Position numbers and translations under genes: made by a program
Part shown: positions 9,726 to 19,171 of the stretch, one piece after another
Position numbering within the stretch: position 1 is the stretch's first letter
How the letters are laid out: each line of letters starts with the position of its first letter
Assembly (NCBI GenBank): GCA_963748815.1
Contig: CAVVKJ010000005.1
Coordinates: 192,001-256,000, forward strand
Origin: an uncultured Gemmatimonadales bacterium
GTDB lineage: Bacteria > Gemmatimonadota > Gemmatimonadetes > Gemmatimonadales > GWC2-71-9
Length of the DNA stretch: 64,000 nucleotides
Reading direction: 5' to 3'
Notes under the pieces: generated by a model
Seen by the model: only the letters and a program-made list of their open reading frames with translations
Database searches by the model: none
Told to the model about the DNA's origin: nothing

Positions 9726-10314
9726 CACTCCACGCCGACTCGATCGCCTGCCCCACCTGCGGCTGGTCCATGGTCCACTCGCGCGAGGCGACGCGCTCGA
9801 TGATGAACGCCAGGATCACCAGCCACACCGACGTCCAGAGTTCCGCCGGCCCCGCCCGGACCATCCCATCCGCCTTCCCCGCCGCCACCACCTGCTGGAC
9901 CGCCTCCCGGAAATCGCGCGCGGCGTCGCGGCTCGGCACGTCGAGAAAGTTCGCATCCCGCTGCCGGAGGAGCATGCGCGCCCCCGCCGGGTCGCGCTCC
10001 GCCGTCTCTACGAACCGCCTGGCAATCCGCGCCAATCGCTCCGGCGCCTTCAGCGACCGGTCGGCGTCCACTTCCTTGACCACGCCGGTGGCCCAGCGCT
10101 GGGTGCCGCGGTACACCTCGTTGAGCAGGTGTTCCTTGCTGGTGAAGTGGCGGTAGATCGTCCCCTCAGCGACCCCCGCCCGGGCGGCGATGATCGGGGT
10201 GGTGCTGGCCAGAAACCCTTCTCCCGTAAAGAGTTCCAGCGCGGCCCGGAGCAGTTTCTGCCGAGTTCCCTCACCGTCGCGGCGGCCGGACTGGGGGGTG
10301 GCGGGGGTCGTCAT
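9649..10314 (-). CDS. TetR/AcrR family regulator
   Basis: TRQKLLRAALELF..GF..IAARAGVAEGTIYRHF.SKE helix-turn-helix. Confidence 0.93.
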   Translation of the reverse strand: MTTPATPQSGRRDGEGTRQKLLRAALELFTGEGFLASTTPIIAARAGVAEGTIYRHFTSKEHLLNEVYRGTQRWATGVVKEVDADRSLKAPERLARIARRFVETAERDPAGARMLLRQRDANFLDVPSRDAARDFREAVQQVVAAGKADGMVRAGPAELWTSVWLVILAFIIERVASREWTMDQPQVGQAIESAWSAIAAPAQPAPENRSSPAGPAAGGSA

Positions 10315-10405
10315 CGTGCTCCAGGGGTCTGGGTTGAAGCCGGAACCCGCTCCGGGGTAGATTTCAAGGCTGTCTCGAAACTCGTGATTTGACAAGGACT
10401 AATGT

Positions 10406-11551
10406 ATGAAGATGCTGGTTCTCGGCGCTGGCCTGCAGGGCTGCGCGACCGCCTTCGACCTCCTGCAGAACCCGGCCGTCACTCAGGTGACCATCGCCGA
10501 CCTTCACCCCGAGCGCCTCGCGCCCTTCCTCGATCCCTACAAGGGGACCGATCGGCTGAAGGCGGTCAAGCTCGACGTCAAGGACCTCCCGGCCGCCACC
10601 GCCCTGATGCGCGGGCACGTCTCCGTCATGAGCGCCATTCCCTACTACTTCAACGGCCCGATGGCGGCCTGCGCGGTCGAGGCGGGCTGCAACTTCGCCG
10701 ACCTCGGCGGCAATACCGAGATCGTCTTCGAGCAGAAGAAGCTGCACGAGGCAGCCCTCGCCAAGGGACTCTCCGTCATTCCCGATTGCGGACTGGCCCC
10801 GGGGATGGTCAACATCCTTGCCGCCGAAGGCATCCGGCGGTTCGACAAGGCGGACAAGGTCAAGATCTTCGTGGGTGGGTTGCCTCGGCATCCGGAGCCG
10901 CCGCTCAACTACCAGATCGTGTACTCCCTCGAGGGCGCGCTCGACTACTACACCACCACCTCGTGGATCCTCCGGGGCGGCAAGCGGGCCCCGGTGGAGG
11001 CGTTGAGCGAGCTGGAGCCGGTGGTCTTCCCCGAGCCGGTCGGCACGCTCGAGGCGTTTCATACCGCGGGCGGGGTGAGCACCATGCCATTCACCTACGA
11101 GGGCAAGGTGGACGTCCTCGAGTACAAGACGCTTCGCTACCCCGGGCACGTGGCCATCATGAAGCCGATTCGCGAGCTCGGCCTCCTTGGCAACGAGCCG
11201 ATCGACGTGAAGGGCGTGCAGGTGCGGCCGCGCGACGTATTCATCGCCGCGGCGACGCCGGTGCTCAAGAAGCCGAAGGCGGAAGACCTGGTCGCGCTCC
11301 GTGTGGAAGCGAGCGGCATCAAGGACGGGAAGCCGGGTTCGGTGGTCTGGCAGCTGGTGGACCACAAGGACACGGCCCGGAACATCAGCGCCATGATGCG
11401 CACCACCGGCTATTCGCTGGCCATCACCGGCCTGATGCAGGCCGAGGGCCGCGTGAAGGCGAAGGGTGTGCTGACCCCCGACGAGGCGATGCCCTTCCAG
11501 CCCTACGTGGACGCACTTGCCGCGCGCGGCGTGATGATCCGGGAACTCTAG
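10406..11551 (+). CDS. Saccharopine/lysine 6-dehydrogenase family oxidoreductase
   Basis: LGAGLQG Rossmann motif, DLGG, DCGLAPG, YKTLRYPGH, MMRTTG. Confidence 0.9.
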   Translation: MKMLVLGAGLQGCATAFDLLQNPAVTQVTIADLHPERLAPFLDPYKGTDRLKAVKLDVKDLPAATALMRGHVSVMSAIPYYFNGPMAACAVEAGCNFADLGGNTEIVFEQKKLHEAALAKGLSVIPDCGLAPGMVNILAAEGIRRFDKADKVKIFVGGLPRHPEPPLNYQIVYSLEGALDYYTTTSWILRGGKRAPVEALSELEPVVFPEPVGTLEAFHTAGGVSTMPFTYEGKVDVLEYKTLRYPGHVAIMKPIRELGLLGNEPIDVKGVQVRPRDVFIAAATPVLKKPKAEDLVALRVEASGIKDGKPGSVVWQLVDHKDTARNISAMMRTTGYSLAITGLMQAEGRVKAKGVLTPDEAMPFQPYVDALAARGVMIREL

Positions 11552-11586
11552 CCGGCCGTCGGGTGTTGTGATGGTGACGGCCGCAC

Positions 11587-11619
11587 GAGCCGCCGTCGGG
11601 ATCTTCCCGCCGGCGGCTC
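11587..11619 (+). terminator. GC-rich hairpin after the dehydrogenase gene
   Basis: gagccgccg-tcggga-tct-tcccgc-cggcggctc; no U-tract. Confidence 0.4.
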
Positions 11620-11665
11620 TCGCACATCGGCCGGGCATTGCGCCCCGGTTCGGAAGGACGCCACC

Positions 11666-12226
11666 ATGCTTGATTTTCCATCCCTTTGGCAGGCCGCGCT
11701 GCCCTACCACGACTTCGTGGCGGCGAGCACGGAGCACTGCGGCCTGTGGGTCGGCGTGCACAAGTTCGCGAGGCTGCCCGAGTGGTCGAATGGGCTCGAC
11801 AGCTCCGCGACCCCGCGCCGGCTCCTGGTGCTGGCGGAAGACTGGTGTGGCGATGCCTCGAACACCATCCCGGTGCTCGCCAAGCTGGTCGAACAGGTGC
11901 CCGGGCTGGAACTGCGCGTCCTTCGGCGTGACGAACACCCCGAGGTCATGGACCAGTACCTCACGAGCGGCGCGCGGTCGATCCCGATCGTGATTGCGCT
12001 CGACGCCGAGTTCAGGGAACTGGGCCACTGGGGCCCCCGGCCGGCAGTCCTGCAGGCGTGGGTGATGGCGAACAAGGATGCGATGCCGAAGGCTGAGCTC
12101 TATCCGCACGCGCGGAAGTGGTACGCCCGCGACCGCGGCGAATCCACCCTGCGCGAGGTGCTGACGATCGCTACGGGTTGGGCGATACCCGCGCCGGCGC
12201 CGGTGCCGACTCCGGCTCCGGCGTGA
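11666..12226 (+). CDS. Thioredoxin-fold protein (WCGD, single active-site Cys type)
   Basis: LVLAEDWCGDA, LRRD, RSIP, WGPRP. Confidence 0.85.
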   Translation: MLDFPSLWQAALPYHDFVAASTEHCGLWVGVHKFARLPEWSNGLDSSATPRRLLVLAEDWCGDASNTIPVLAKLVEQVPGLELRVLRRDEHPEVMDQYLTSGARSIPIVIALDAEFRELGHWGPRPAVLQAWVMANKDAMPKAELYPHARKWYARDRGESTLREVLTIATGWAIPAPAPVPTPAPA

Positions 12227-14018
12227 AGTCTTCGCCGGGATTGATGAAGCGGTCCATCTCCACGTTGTACTGCCGGTCGTAGAGCTGCCGGTACCGTCCG
12301 TTCAACGCCAGCAGCTCGCGATGGGTGCCCCGCTCGACGATCTCCCCGCCCTCCAGCACCAGGATCTGGTCCGCCGTCACGATGGTCGAGAGGCGGTGCG
12401 CGATCACGAAGGTGGTCCGCCCCCGCCGCAGCGCCCGCAGGCCGTCCTGGATCTGCGCCTCGCTCTCGCTGTCCAGCGAACTGGTCGCCTCGTCGAGGAT
12501 CAGGATCTTCGGGTTGGCGAGGACGGCCCGCGCGATGGCGATGCGCTGCCGCTGCCCGCCCGAGAGCTTGATGCCCCGCTCCCCCACCACGGTGTCGTAC
12601 CCACGCTCGAACCCGCGGATGAATTCGTCGGCGTGGGCGATTTTCGCGACCGACTCGATCTGCTCCCTGGTGGCGTGCGGGCGCGCGAAGGCGATGTTTT
12701 CGGCGACGGTCCCGTCGAACAGGAAGTTCTCCTGCAGCACCACGCCGATGGCGCGCCGGAACTCGTAGAGCCGGATCGTGGCCAGGTCGCGCCCGTCGAT
12801 GATCACCCGGCCCGACTTCGGCCGGTTGAACGCCATCACGAGTGAAATGAGGGTGCTCTTGCCGCCCCCCGAGGCGCCCACCAGCGCGGTGGTCGTCCCG
12901 GCCGGCGCCTCGAAGGAGATGCCCTTGATGACCGGCACGCCGGGGTTGTACTCGAACCACACCGTGTCGAACGCCACGTCGCCGCGAATGTCGCCCACCG
13001 GCTCGCGGACGGCGTCCTCCTGGTCTTCCGTGGCCAGCAGGCGAATTTCGCGGATCCGGTCCAGCCCCGCGAAGGCCTCGGTGATCTGCGTCCCGATCGA
13101 GGCGATCTGCACCATCGGGGCGGCCATGAGGCCGGTGAAGAAGACGTACATGATGAGGTCGCCGACCGTCATGCGTCCCGCCAGCACATCGCCCCCGCCC
13201 ACCAGGATCATCAGCACGCCGATGCCGCCCACGATGGCGGTGGCGAAGGCGCCCGTCCCGGAGATGGCGGTCATCGATTGCGCCACGTTCCGGAAGAGCC
13301 GGTGCGCCCCGGTCGCGAACACGTATCGTTCCCGCCGTTCGGCGCTGTACGCCTTGACGATTCGGATGCCGCCCAGCGTCTCGGCCAGCCGCCCGGTCAC
13401 GTCGGCGTTGATCTTTCCCCGCTCGCGGAAGAGAGGGCGGAGACGCTTGAAGAAGATCGCCATCCCCCCGCCGAAGAGGATGAGCGCCGTCAGGGTCACG
13501 GCGGTGAGCTTCCAGTTGAGCCAGAAGAGCACGCCCACCGCGATGAGCGCCGTCACGAACCCGCCGACCAGTTGCACCAGCCCCGTGCCGACCAGGTTCC
13601 GGATCCCTTCCGCGTCGGACATGATCCGCGAGATGAGCACGCCGGTCTTGGTCGAATCGAAATAGCTGACCGGCAGCTTGGCCACGTGCGCCTGGACCCG
13701 CTTCCGCATGTCGGTGATGGCGCGTTGCGCGGCGACGCCGAGGACTTGCGACAGCGCAAAGCCGGTCACGGCCTGCACCAGGGTGGCCGCACCGACGGCG
13801 AGGGCGATCCACGGCAGGAGCTCGGCGCGGTGCTTCCCGATGACATCGTCGATGAGGTACTTGGAGGAGGCGGGCAGGACGAGCCCGGCCAGGCGGCTCA
13901 GGAGCATCAGGCACAGCCCCAGCGCCAGGCGGAAACGGTAGTCCCAGACCACCTCGCGGGCTTCCGCCCAGGCGGCCTTGTAGTTGACTTTCGGTTTTGC
14001 GGGGGTCGGGTCAGGCAT
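12171..14018 (-). CDS. ABC exporter, fused permease-ATPase (MsbA-like)
   Basis: Six-TM N-terminal domain; GASGGGKS, LSGGQ, ILDEAT, IAHR. Confidence 0.95.
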   Translation of the reverse strand: MPDPTPAKPKVNYKAAWAEAREVVWDYRFRLALGLCLMLLSRLAGLVLPASSKYLIDDVIGKHRAELLPWIALAVGAATLVQAVTGFALSQVLGVAAQRAITDMRKRVQAHVAKLPVSYFDSTKTGVLISRIMSDAEGIRNLVGTGLVQLVGGFVTALIAVGVLFWLNWKLTAVTLTALILFGGGMAIFFKRLRPLFRERGKINADVTGRLAETLGGIRIVKAYSAERRERYVFATGAHRLFRNVAQSMTAISGTGAFATAIVGGIGVLMILVGGGDVLAGRMTVGDLIMYVFFTGLMAAPMVQIASIGTQITEAFAGLDRIREIRLLATEDQEDAVREPVGDIRGDVAFDTVWFEYNPGVPVIKGISFEAPAGTTTALVGASGGGKSTLISLVMAFNRPKSGRVIIDGRDLATIRLYEFRRAIGVVLQENFLFDGTVAENIAFARPHATREQIESVAKIAHADEFIRGFERGYDTVVGERGIKLSGGQRQRIAIARAVLANPKILILDEATSSLDSESEAQIQDGLRALRRGRTTFVIAHRLSTIVTADQILVLEGGEIVERGTHRELLALNGRYRQLYDRQYNVEMDRFINPGEDFTPEPESAPAPARVSPNP

Positions 14019-14039
14019 GCAGGGAAAGTAATCGGTCGG

Positions 14040-15149
14040 CTAGAAACTCCACCCGGTATTGGCCGAGAAGACGTAGCCATCGGGACCCCACGCGAAATTG
14101 AGGGTCATGATGCCCGCCTTCAGTGCGCGGAAGAGCAGGCCGACGCCTCCCGTGAGCGCCATGCCGTCCGTCGTGAGGGCCAGGCCTCCCTCCGGGAAGA
14201 CCCGGCCGACGTCGAGAAACCCGATCAGGCCGGCGCCGCCGAAGTCGCCGACGTCGAGCACCGTCTGCCGCACCTCGATGGAGGCCGACAACTGATCAGC
14301 GTCGATGAACCGCCCGCCGACGAGGCCGCGGTTGGTCTCCTGGCCGCCGTACTGCCAGCGCGACTCTTCCCAGAGATGGAGCTCATAGTCGGAGCTCAAC
14401 GGGACGTTTCCGGACGTGCTCACGGCGGTCACCCGCGCGGCCACCACAGTGCTGAAAAAGGGGTGGACAAAACCCCGCGCGTCGCCGTAGAAGCGGCTGT
14501 AGGCGTTCCCCACCAGCCCGCCGACCTGGAGCAGCGTGCCGGTGGACGGGTTGTACTCCCGGTCTCGCGTGTCGTAGACCAGCCGAAGGCTGCCGGTGTA
14601 GTCGGTCGTCTCGAGGGAGTTGCCCACTTCGGTGCCGAACAGGGTCGGCGCCGGGAGGGACGTGAACTCGGTGCCGACCATGCCGCCGGCGACCGCCGCC
14701 TCGAGATGCCCGGCGATCCGCCGGGTCACCTCGACCCGTCCGCCCAGCCGGCCCCGCCGCACCCGGTAGTAGTTGCTGTTGTCGACTTCCAGCGACGGGT
14801 CGTAGGGGGTGTCGTTGCCGACGCCGAAGTACCCCATCCGTGAATCCTTGACCCAGTATCCCTCGGCGAAGAGCCGCCAGTTGTCCCAGAGTCCCGGGGC
14901 GCGGAAGACCAGCGTCGCCATCTGGCTGCCGTTGAACCCGAGCGCCACCGTCGCGGCGAGCGACCCGTCCGACAGCCACGGGTCGTCCCATTCCGCGTCC
15001 CGACGATAGTCGTACCGGGCTCCCAGCAGCGGAAAGGTGTTGGGCGACGAGGCGATATAGGGGTAGTAGTTGCTGAGCCAGCGATTCTGCGCCGCCAGCG
15101 GGGTGGCGGCGAGGAGCAGGAGCAGCAGCAGGGGGAGTCGGCGAAGCAT
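14040..15149 (-). CDS. Omp85/BamA-TamA-like outer-membrane barrel without POTRA domains
   Basis: Signal peptide; YDTRD...PSTG, NRG, FLDVGRV, C-terminal WSF. Confidence 0.75.
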   Translation of the reverse strand: MLRRLPLLLLLLLAATPLAAQNRWLSNYYPYIASSPNTFPLLGARYDYRRDAEWDDPWLSDGSLAATVALGFNGSQMATLVFRAPGLWDNWRLFAEGYWVKDSRMGYFGVGNDTPYDPSLEVDNSNYYRVRRGRLGGRVEVTRRIAGHLEAAVAGGMVGTEFTSLPAPTLFGTEVGNSLETTDYTGSLRLVYDTRDREYNPSTGTLLQVGGLVGNAYSRFYGDARGFVHPFFSTVVAARVTAVSTSGNVPLSSDYELHLWEESRWQYGGQETNRGLVGGRFIDADQLSASIEVRQTVLDVGDFGGAGLIGFLDVGRVFPEGGLALTTDGMALTGGVGLLFRALKAGIMTLNFAWGPDGYVFSANTGWSF

Positions 15150-15155
15150 GTGCGC

Positions 15156-16196
15156 CTATTTCGAGGGGTACAGGACGGCGCAGTCCTTGAACGCCGCCCC
15201 GGTGCCGTCGTGCACGGCGTAACGCGCGTGGAAGAGCGACGCCGCGCCGTACTCCCCCTTCTTGTTGATCGCATAGAAGGTGAGGCCGAAGTTGGGCCGG
15301 CCGTCTTCGCGGAGCAGTCGCGGCGGCGTCATGGCCACCACCCGGCGCAGCGTCTCGAGGCAGGCGTCGGTCGGCGACAGGCCGCGCCGCATGTGCTCCA
15401 CCGTCAGGAACCCGCCGCACACCATGATGTTGGATTCGCCCCGGCCCGTGGAGCCCGCCGAGCCGACGTCGTTGTCGGTGTACTGGCCGGCGCCCACGAT
15501 CGGGCTGTCGCCGACCCGCCCGTCGATCTTCCAGGCCAGCCCGCTGGTGGTGGTGACGGAACTGAGCTCTCCCGCGGCGTTGACCACGTTCAGGTTGATG
15601 GTGCCGGTGGGGCGCACCACCATCGGGGTGTTGTCCGGCACGTCGAGCCAGTCGTCGCTCCCGCCCCGGTTAGCGCGCCAGGTGAGCCACCGCTGCCGGG
15701 ACTCCGGGGTGAGCAGGTCTTCGTCCTGGAAGCCGTAGGACAGCGCGAATTTCTTGGCGCCCTCCCCGACCAGCATGATGTGATTGGTGTATTTCAGCAC
15801 CAGCTTGGCCACTTCGCTTGGTGTCTTGATGCCCTCGAGCGAGCCGACCGCCCCGGCCCGCCGGGTGGGGCCGTGGATGCACGAGGCGTCCAGCTGGACC
15901 ACGCCATCCTCGTTCGGGAGGCCGCCGTAGCCGACCGAGTTGTCCTTCGGGTCCAGCTCCTGGATCTTGACCCCCTCCACCGCGGCATCGAGCGTGTCGC
16001 TGCCCTGCAGGACCAGCTCCAGGGCGCGGCTGACCGGGGCCAGGCTGTTGGCGGAGCTGATGGCGGCCGGCCGGCTGGCGCCGCGCAGGATGACGGCCGG
16101 CGCCTCGAGGGCGGAGAGGCGCGATGGCAACGCCCCGGCGGCGAGCGCGGCGGCGCCGGCACCGAGAAAGTTCCGGCGGGAAAGGGAGTCGGTCAC
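15156..16196 (-). CDS. Ntn-hydrolase glycosylasparaginase/isoaspartyl peptidase, Tat-exported
   Basis: SRRNFL Tat motif; SVGYGGLPN, LDAS, GTIN (Thr nucleophile), TTTSG, GRVGDSPI.GAG, TGRGE. Confidence 0.92.
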   Translation of the reverse strand: MTDSLSRRNFLGAGAAALAAGALPSRLSALEAPAVILRGASRPAAISSANSLAPVSRALELVLQGSDTLDAAVEGVKIQELDPKDNSVGYGGLPNEDGVVQLDASCIHGPTRRAGAVGSLEGIKTPSEVAKLVLKYTNHIMLVGEGAKKFALSYGFQDEDLLTPESRQRWLTWRANRGGSDDWLDVPDNTPMVVRPTGTINLNVVNAAGELSSVTTTSGLAWKIDGRVGDSPIVGAGQYTDNDVGSAGSTGRGESNIMVCGGFLTVEHMRRGLSPTDACLETLRRVVAMTPPRLLREDGRPNFGLTFYAINKKGEYGAASLFHARYAVHDGTGAAFKDCAVLYPSK

Positions 16197-16266
16197 TGGG
16201 TCTCCTGGGTGACGTGCAAGGGGGCCTGACCGTTAGAGTTAGACGCCGCCGGCGGCCCCTGTCAAC

Positions 16267-16295
16267 TTGCCCGCCCCTCCCGCGCCTCCTAACTT
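16267..16295 (+). promoter_or_regulatory. Putative sigma70 promoter for the pncB-pncA-aminotransferase operon
   Basis: TTGCCC-N17-TAACTT, back-to-back with a TTGACA on the minus strand. Confidence 0.5.
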
Positions 16296-16334
16296 CCCGG
16301 GTCAGCTTCCCCATCGAGAGAGAGCCCCCTGCAC

Positions 16335-17393
16335 ATGGCCCGCCGTCCCAGGCTCGACCCGCACATCTTCAACCTCCCCGTCGAGAAGATGCGCTCCGGC
16401 TATTACTCCGATAAGTACTTCGTCCGGGCCCGCGAAGTCCTGATCGCCGATGCCTACCGGCCGCGGGTCACGATGCAGGTGTTCGGCAAGCAGCAGGCGC
16501 TCCTCGGCGGCGTCGACGAGGCGATCGCCATCCTGAAGCTCTGCGCCGTGGAGTGGCCCGAGCTTGAGGTCCACGCGCTGTTCGACGGCGACGAGGTCGA
16601 GGCGTGGGAGACGGTCATGCTCATTCACGGCCCCTACGACGCCTTCGCCCATTTGGAGACCCTCTACCTCGGCGTGCTGGCGCGTCGCACCCGCGTCGGC
16701 ACCAACACCCGGCGGGTGGTGGAGGCCGCGGCCCCGCAGACCGTCATGTTCTTTCCGGCCCGGCACGATCACTGGCTGGTCCAGACCGGCGACGGCTACG
16801 CCGCGCACATCGCCGGCGCCATCGGCGTGTCGACCGACGCGCAGGCCTCGTGGTGGGGCAGTGAGGGGATCGGCACCGTGCCGCACGCCCTGATCGCCGC
16901 TTACGGCGGGGACACCGTGCGGGCGACGCTGAAGTTCCTGGAACACGCGCCGTCCAATGTCCAGGTGGTCACCCTCGTCGACTTCGAGAACGACTGCGTC
17001 CGGACCTCGCTCGAGGTGGCCCGCGCCCTTGGCGACAAGCTGTACGGGGTCCGGATCGACACCAGCGAGAAGCTGGTCGACAAGTCGGTCCTGGCCCAGA
17101 TGGGCCGCTTTCCGCCCACCGGCGTCAATCCGCAGCTGGTCTGGAACGTACGCCGCGCGCTCGACGCGGAGGGCTTCCGCGACGTGAAGATCGTCGTTTC
17201 CGGCGGCTTCACCGCCGACAAGATTCGCGAGTTTCACCGGCAGGGCGTCCCGGTGGACGCCTACGGCGTGGGCTCCTCGCTCTTCCAGGGCCGCTTCGAC
17301 TTCACCGCGGACGTGGTGCTGCTCGACGGGAAGCGCTGCGCCAAGGTGGGACGCGAGTATCGCCCCAACCCGCGGCTCGAGCGGGTGCTGTGA
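16335..17393 (+). CDS. pncB: Nicotinate phosphoribosyltransferase (QPRTase-like short family)
   Basis: YYSDKYF, GTVPHALIA, LVDFEND, GVRIDT, VSGGF, YGVGS. Coupled to a nicotinamidase gene. Confidence 0.8.
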   Translation: MARRPRLDPHIFNLPVEKMRSGYYSDKYFVRAREVLIADAYRPRVTMQVFGKQQALLGGVDEAIAILKLCAVEWPELEVHALFDGDEVEAWETVMLIHGPYDAFAHLETLYLGVLARRTRVGTNTRRVVEAAAPQTVMFFPARHDHWLVQTGDGYAAHIAGAIGVSTDAQASWWGSEGIGTVPHALIAAYGGDTVRATLKFLEHAPSNVQVVTLVDFENDCVRTSLEVARALGDKLYGVRIDTSEKLVDKSVLAQMGRFPPTGVNPQLVWNVRRALDAEGFRDVKIVVSGGFTADKIREFHRQGVPVDAYGVGSSLFQGRFDFTADVVLLDGKRCAKVGREYRPNPRLERVL

Positions 17394-18064
17394 GCCGGCT
17401 CCTCTTCTGGGACGTCGACACCCAGCACGACTTCATGCGGGCGGACGGGTTGCTGTACGTGCCGGGGAGCGAGGAGATCGGGCCGGCGCTGCGCGCCCTG
17501 ACCGACTACGCCCACCAGCACGGCATCCGGATCGTGGCCAGTGCCGACGACCACCTGCCCGGCCACCGCGAGTTGAGCGACACCCCCGACTTCAAGACGA
17601 CCTTTCCGCCGCACTGCATGCGCGGCACGCCGGGCCAGCACAAGGTGCCCGAGACGCCGCTCCGCAATCCCCTGGTCTTCGAGCCGGACCCGATGGACCC
17701 GGACAAGGTCCGGCGTCACGTCGCCACGCATGACGGGGACGTGCTCTTCCACAAGCACTGGTTCGACGTCTTCACCAACGCGAACGTCGAGCCGGCGCTC
17801 GAGGCGCTCGCGCCGGACGCCATCGTGCTCTACGGCGTGGCACTCGACGTGTGCAATCGCTACGCGGTGGAGGGGTTGCTCGCGCGGCGGCCGGAGACGC
17901 GCCTGCTCCTCGTCACCGACGCCGTCCGCGCGATCGACGCGGAGGCCGGGGAGCGGCTTCTCGCGGAGTGGCGGGCACGCGGTGTTCAAATGGTGACCAG
18001 CGATGAGATCGTCCGGGGCGGCGTGCTCGACCAGTTCCGCGCGCCCCGCGATCGGGAGACGTGA
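17390..18064 (+). CDS. pncA: Nicotinamidase / isochorismatase-family cysteine hydrolase
   Basis: DVDTQHDF, DDH, FPPHC..GT.G, FHK, GVALDVC. Confidence 0.85.
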   Translation: MSRLLFWDVDTQHDFMRADGLLYVPGSEEIGPALRALTDYAHQHGIRIVASADDHLPGHRELSDTPDFKTTFPPHCMRGTPGQHKVPETPLRNPLVFEPDPMDPDKVRRHVATHDGDVLFHKHWFDVFTNANVEPALEALAPDAIVLYGVALDVCNRYAVEGLLARRPETRLLLVTDAVRAIDAEAGERLLAEWRARGVQMVTSDEIVRGGVLDQFRAPRDRET

Positions 18065-19171
18065 TGACTGCGAACGGCATGCCCTCGGACTACACTTTCG
18101 GCCGCTTCTTCCTTCCCGGACCCACCGACGTCCACATCGATGTCCTGCAGGCCATGGTGCACCCGATGTTCGCCCATCGGGGCCCGCAGATGATCGCGAT
18201 GCTCCAGCGGATGGAGCCGCAACTCCAGCGACTCTTCCGCACCACACGCCCTGTGCTGATGGCCACCAGTTCCGCCACCGGGTTCATGGAAGCCGCGGTG
18301 GCCGGCGGGGTGCGCGAGCGCGTGCTCGTGGTCGACGGCGGCTTCTTCGGCGATCGATTCGCCCGGATCGCCAAGCGGTGCGGCAAGGAGGTGCTCCGCC
18401 TGCCGGTGCCGCTCGGCCGCGCCCTCGAGGCCGACGAGCTGGCCGCGGCCCTCGACAAGCACCAGGTGGATGCCGTGGCCCTGGTGCATTGCGAGACCTC
18501 CACCGGCACGCTGCTGCCGCTCGAGGAACTCGCCCGGGTGGTGCGAGGGCGGAAGGACGTGGTCCTGCTGGTGGACGCCGTCACCTCGGTCGGCGGATCG
18601 CCGGTCGAGACCGACGCGTGGGGGCTGGACTTCGTCTTCACCGGCTCCCAGAAGGCGCTCGCCATGCCGCCGGGCATTTCACTCGCCGTCGCGTCGCCCG
18701 CGATGATGGAGCGCGCCTGCGAGCAGGCGCACCCGGGGTGGTACTTCGACCTGGTCCTGCACGACGAGGCGATCAAGATCCATCAGCCGACCCAGACGCC
18801 GGCCCTGCCGCTCTACCTGGCGCTCGAGGCGCAGCTCAAGCGGATCGACGCCGAAGGCGGGCGTCGAGGCCCGCTGGAAGCGGCACCGCACGATGCTCAC
18901 GATGATGGAGGAGTGGGTGGCCGCGCACCCGGCATACAGCTTCTTCGCGCCGGAGGGGCGGCGGGCGTGGACGGTGTCGGCGCTGCGCGTGCCCGAGGGC
19001 ACCACCGGACGTGCGGTGGCCGGCCAGCTGCTGGAGCGGGGATGGACGATCGGCGCGGGTCTCGACGAAATGGCCGATGCGATGATCCGCATCGGCCACA
19101 TGGGAGACCTCACGCCGGGACACTTTGCCGGGCTGTTGTCGGCGCTCTCGGAGATTGCCGAGGGCGCCTAG
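18061..19171 (+). CDS. Class V (alanine-glyoxylate/serine-pyruvate) aminotransferase; frameshift near 18860
   Basis: [22 protein letters not shown] (PLP Lys). C-terminus IRIGHMG lies in ORF 18893-19171. Confidence 0.9.
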
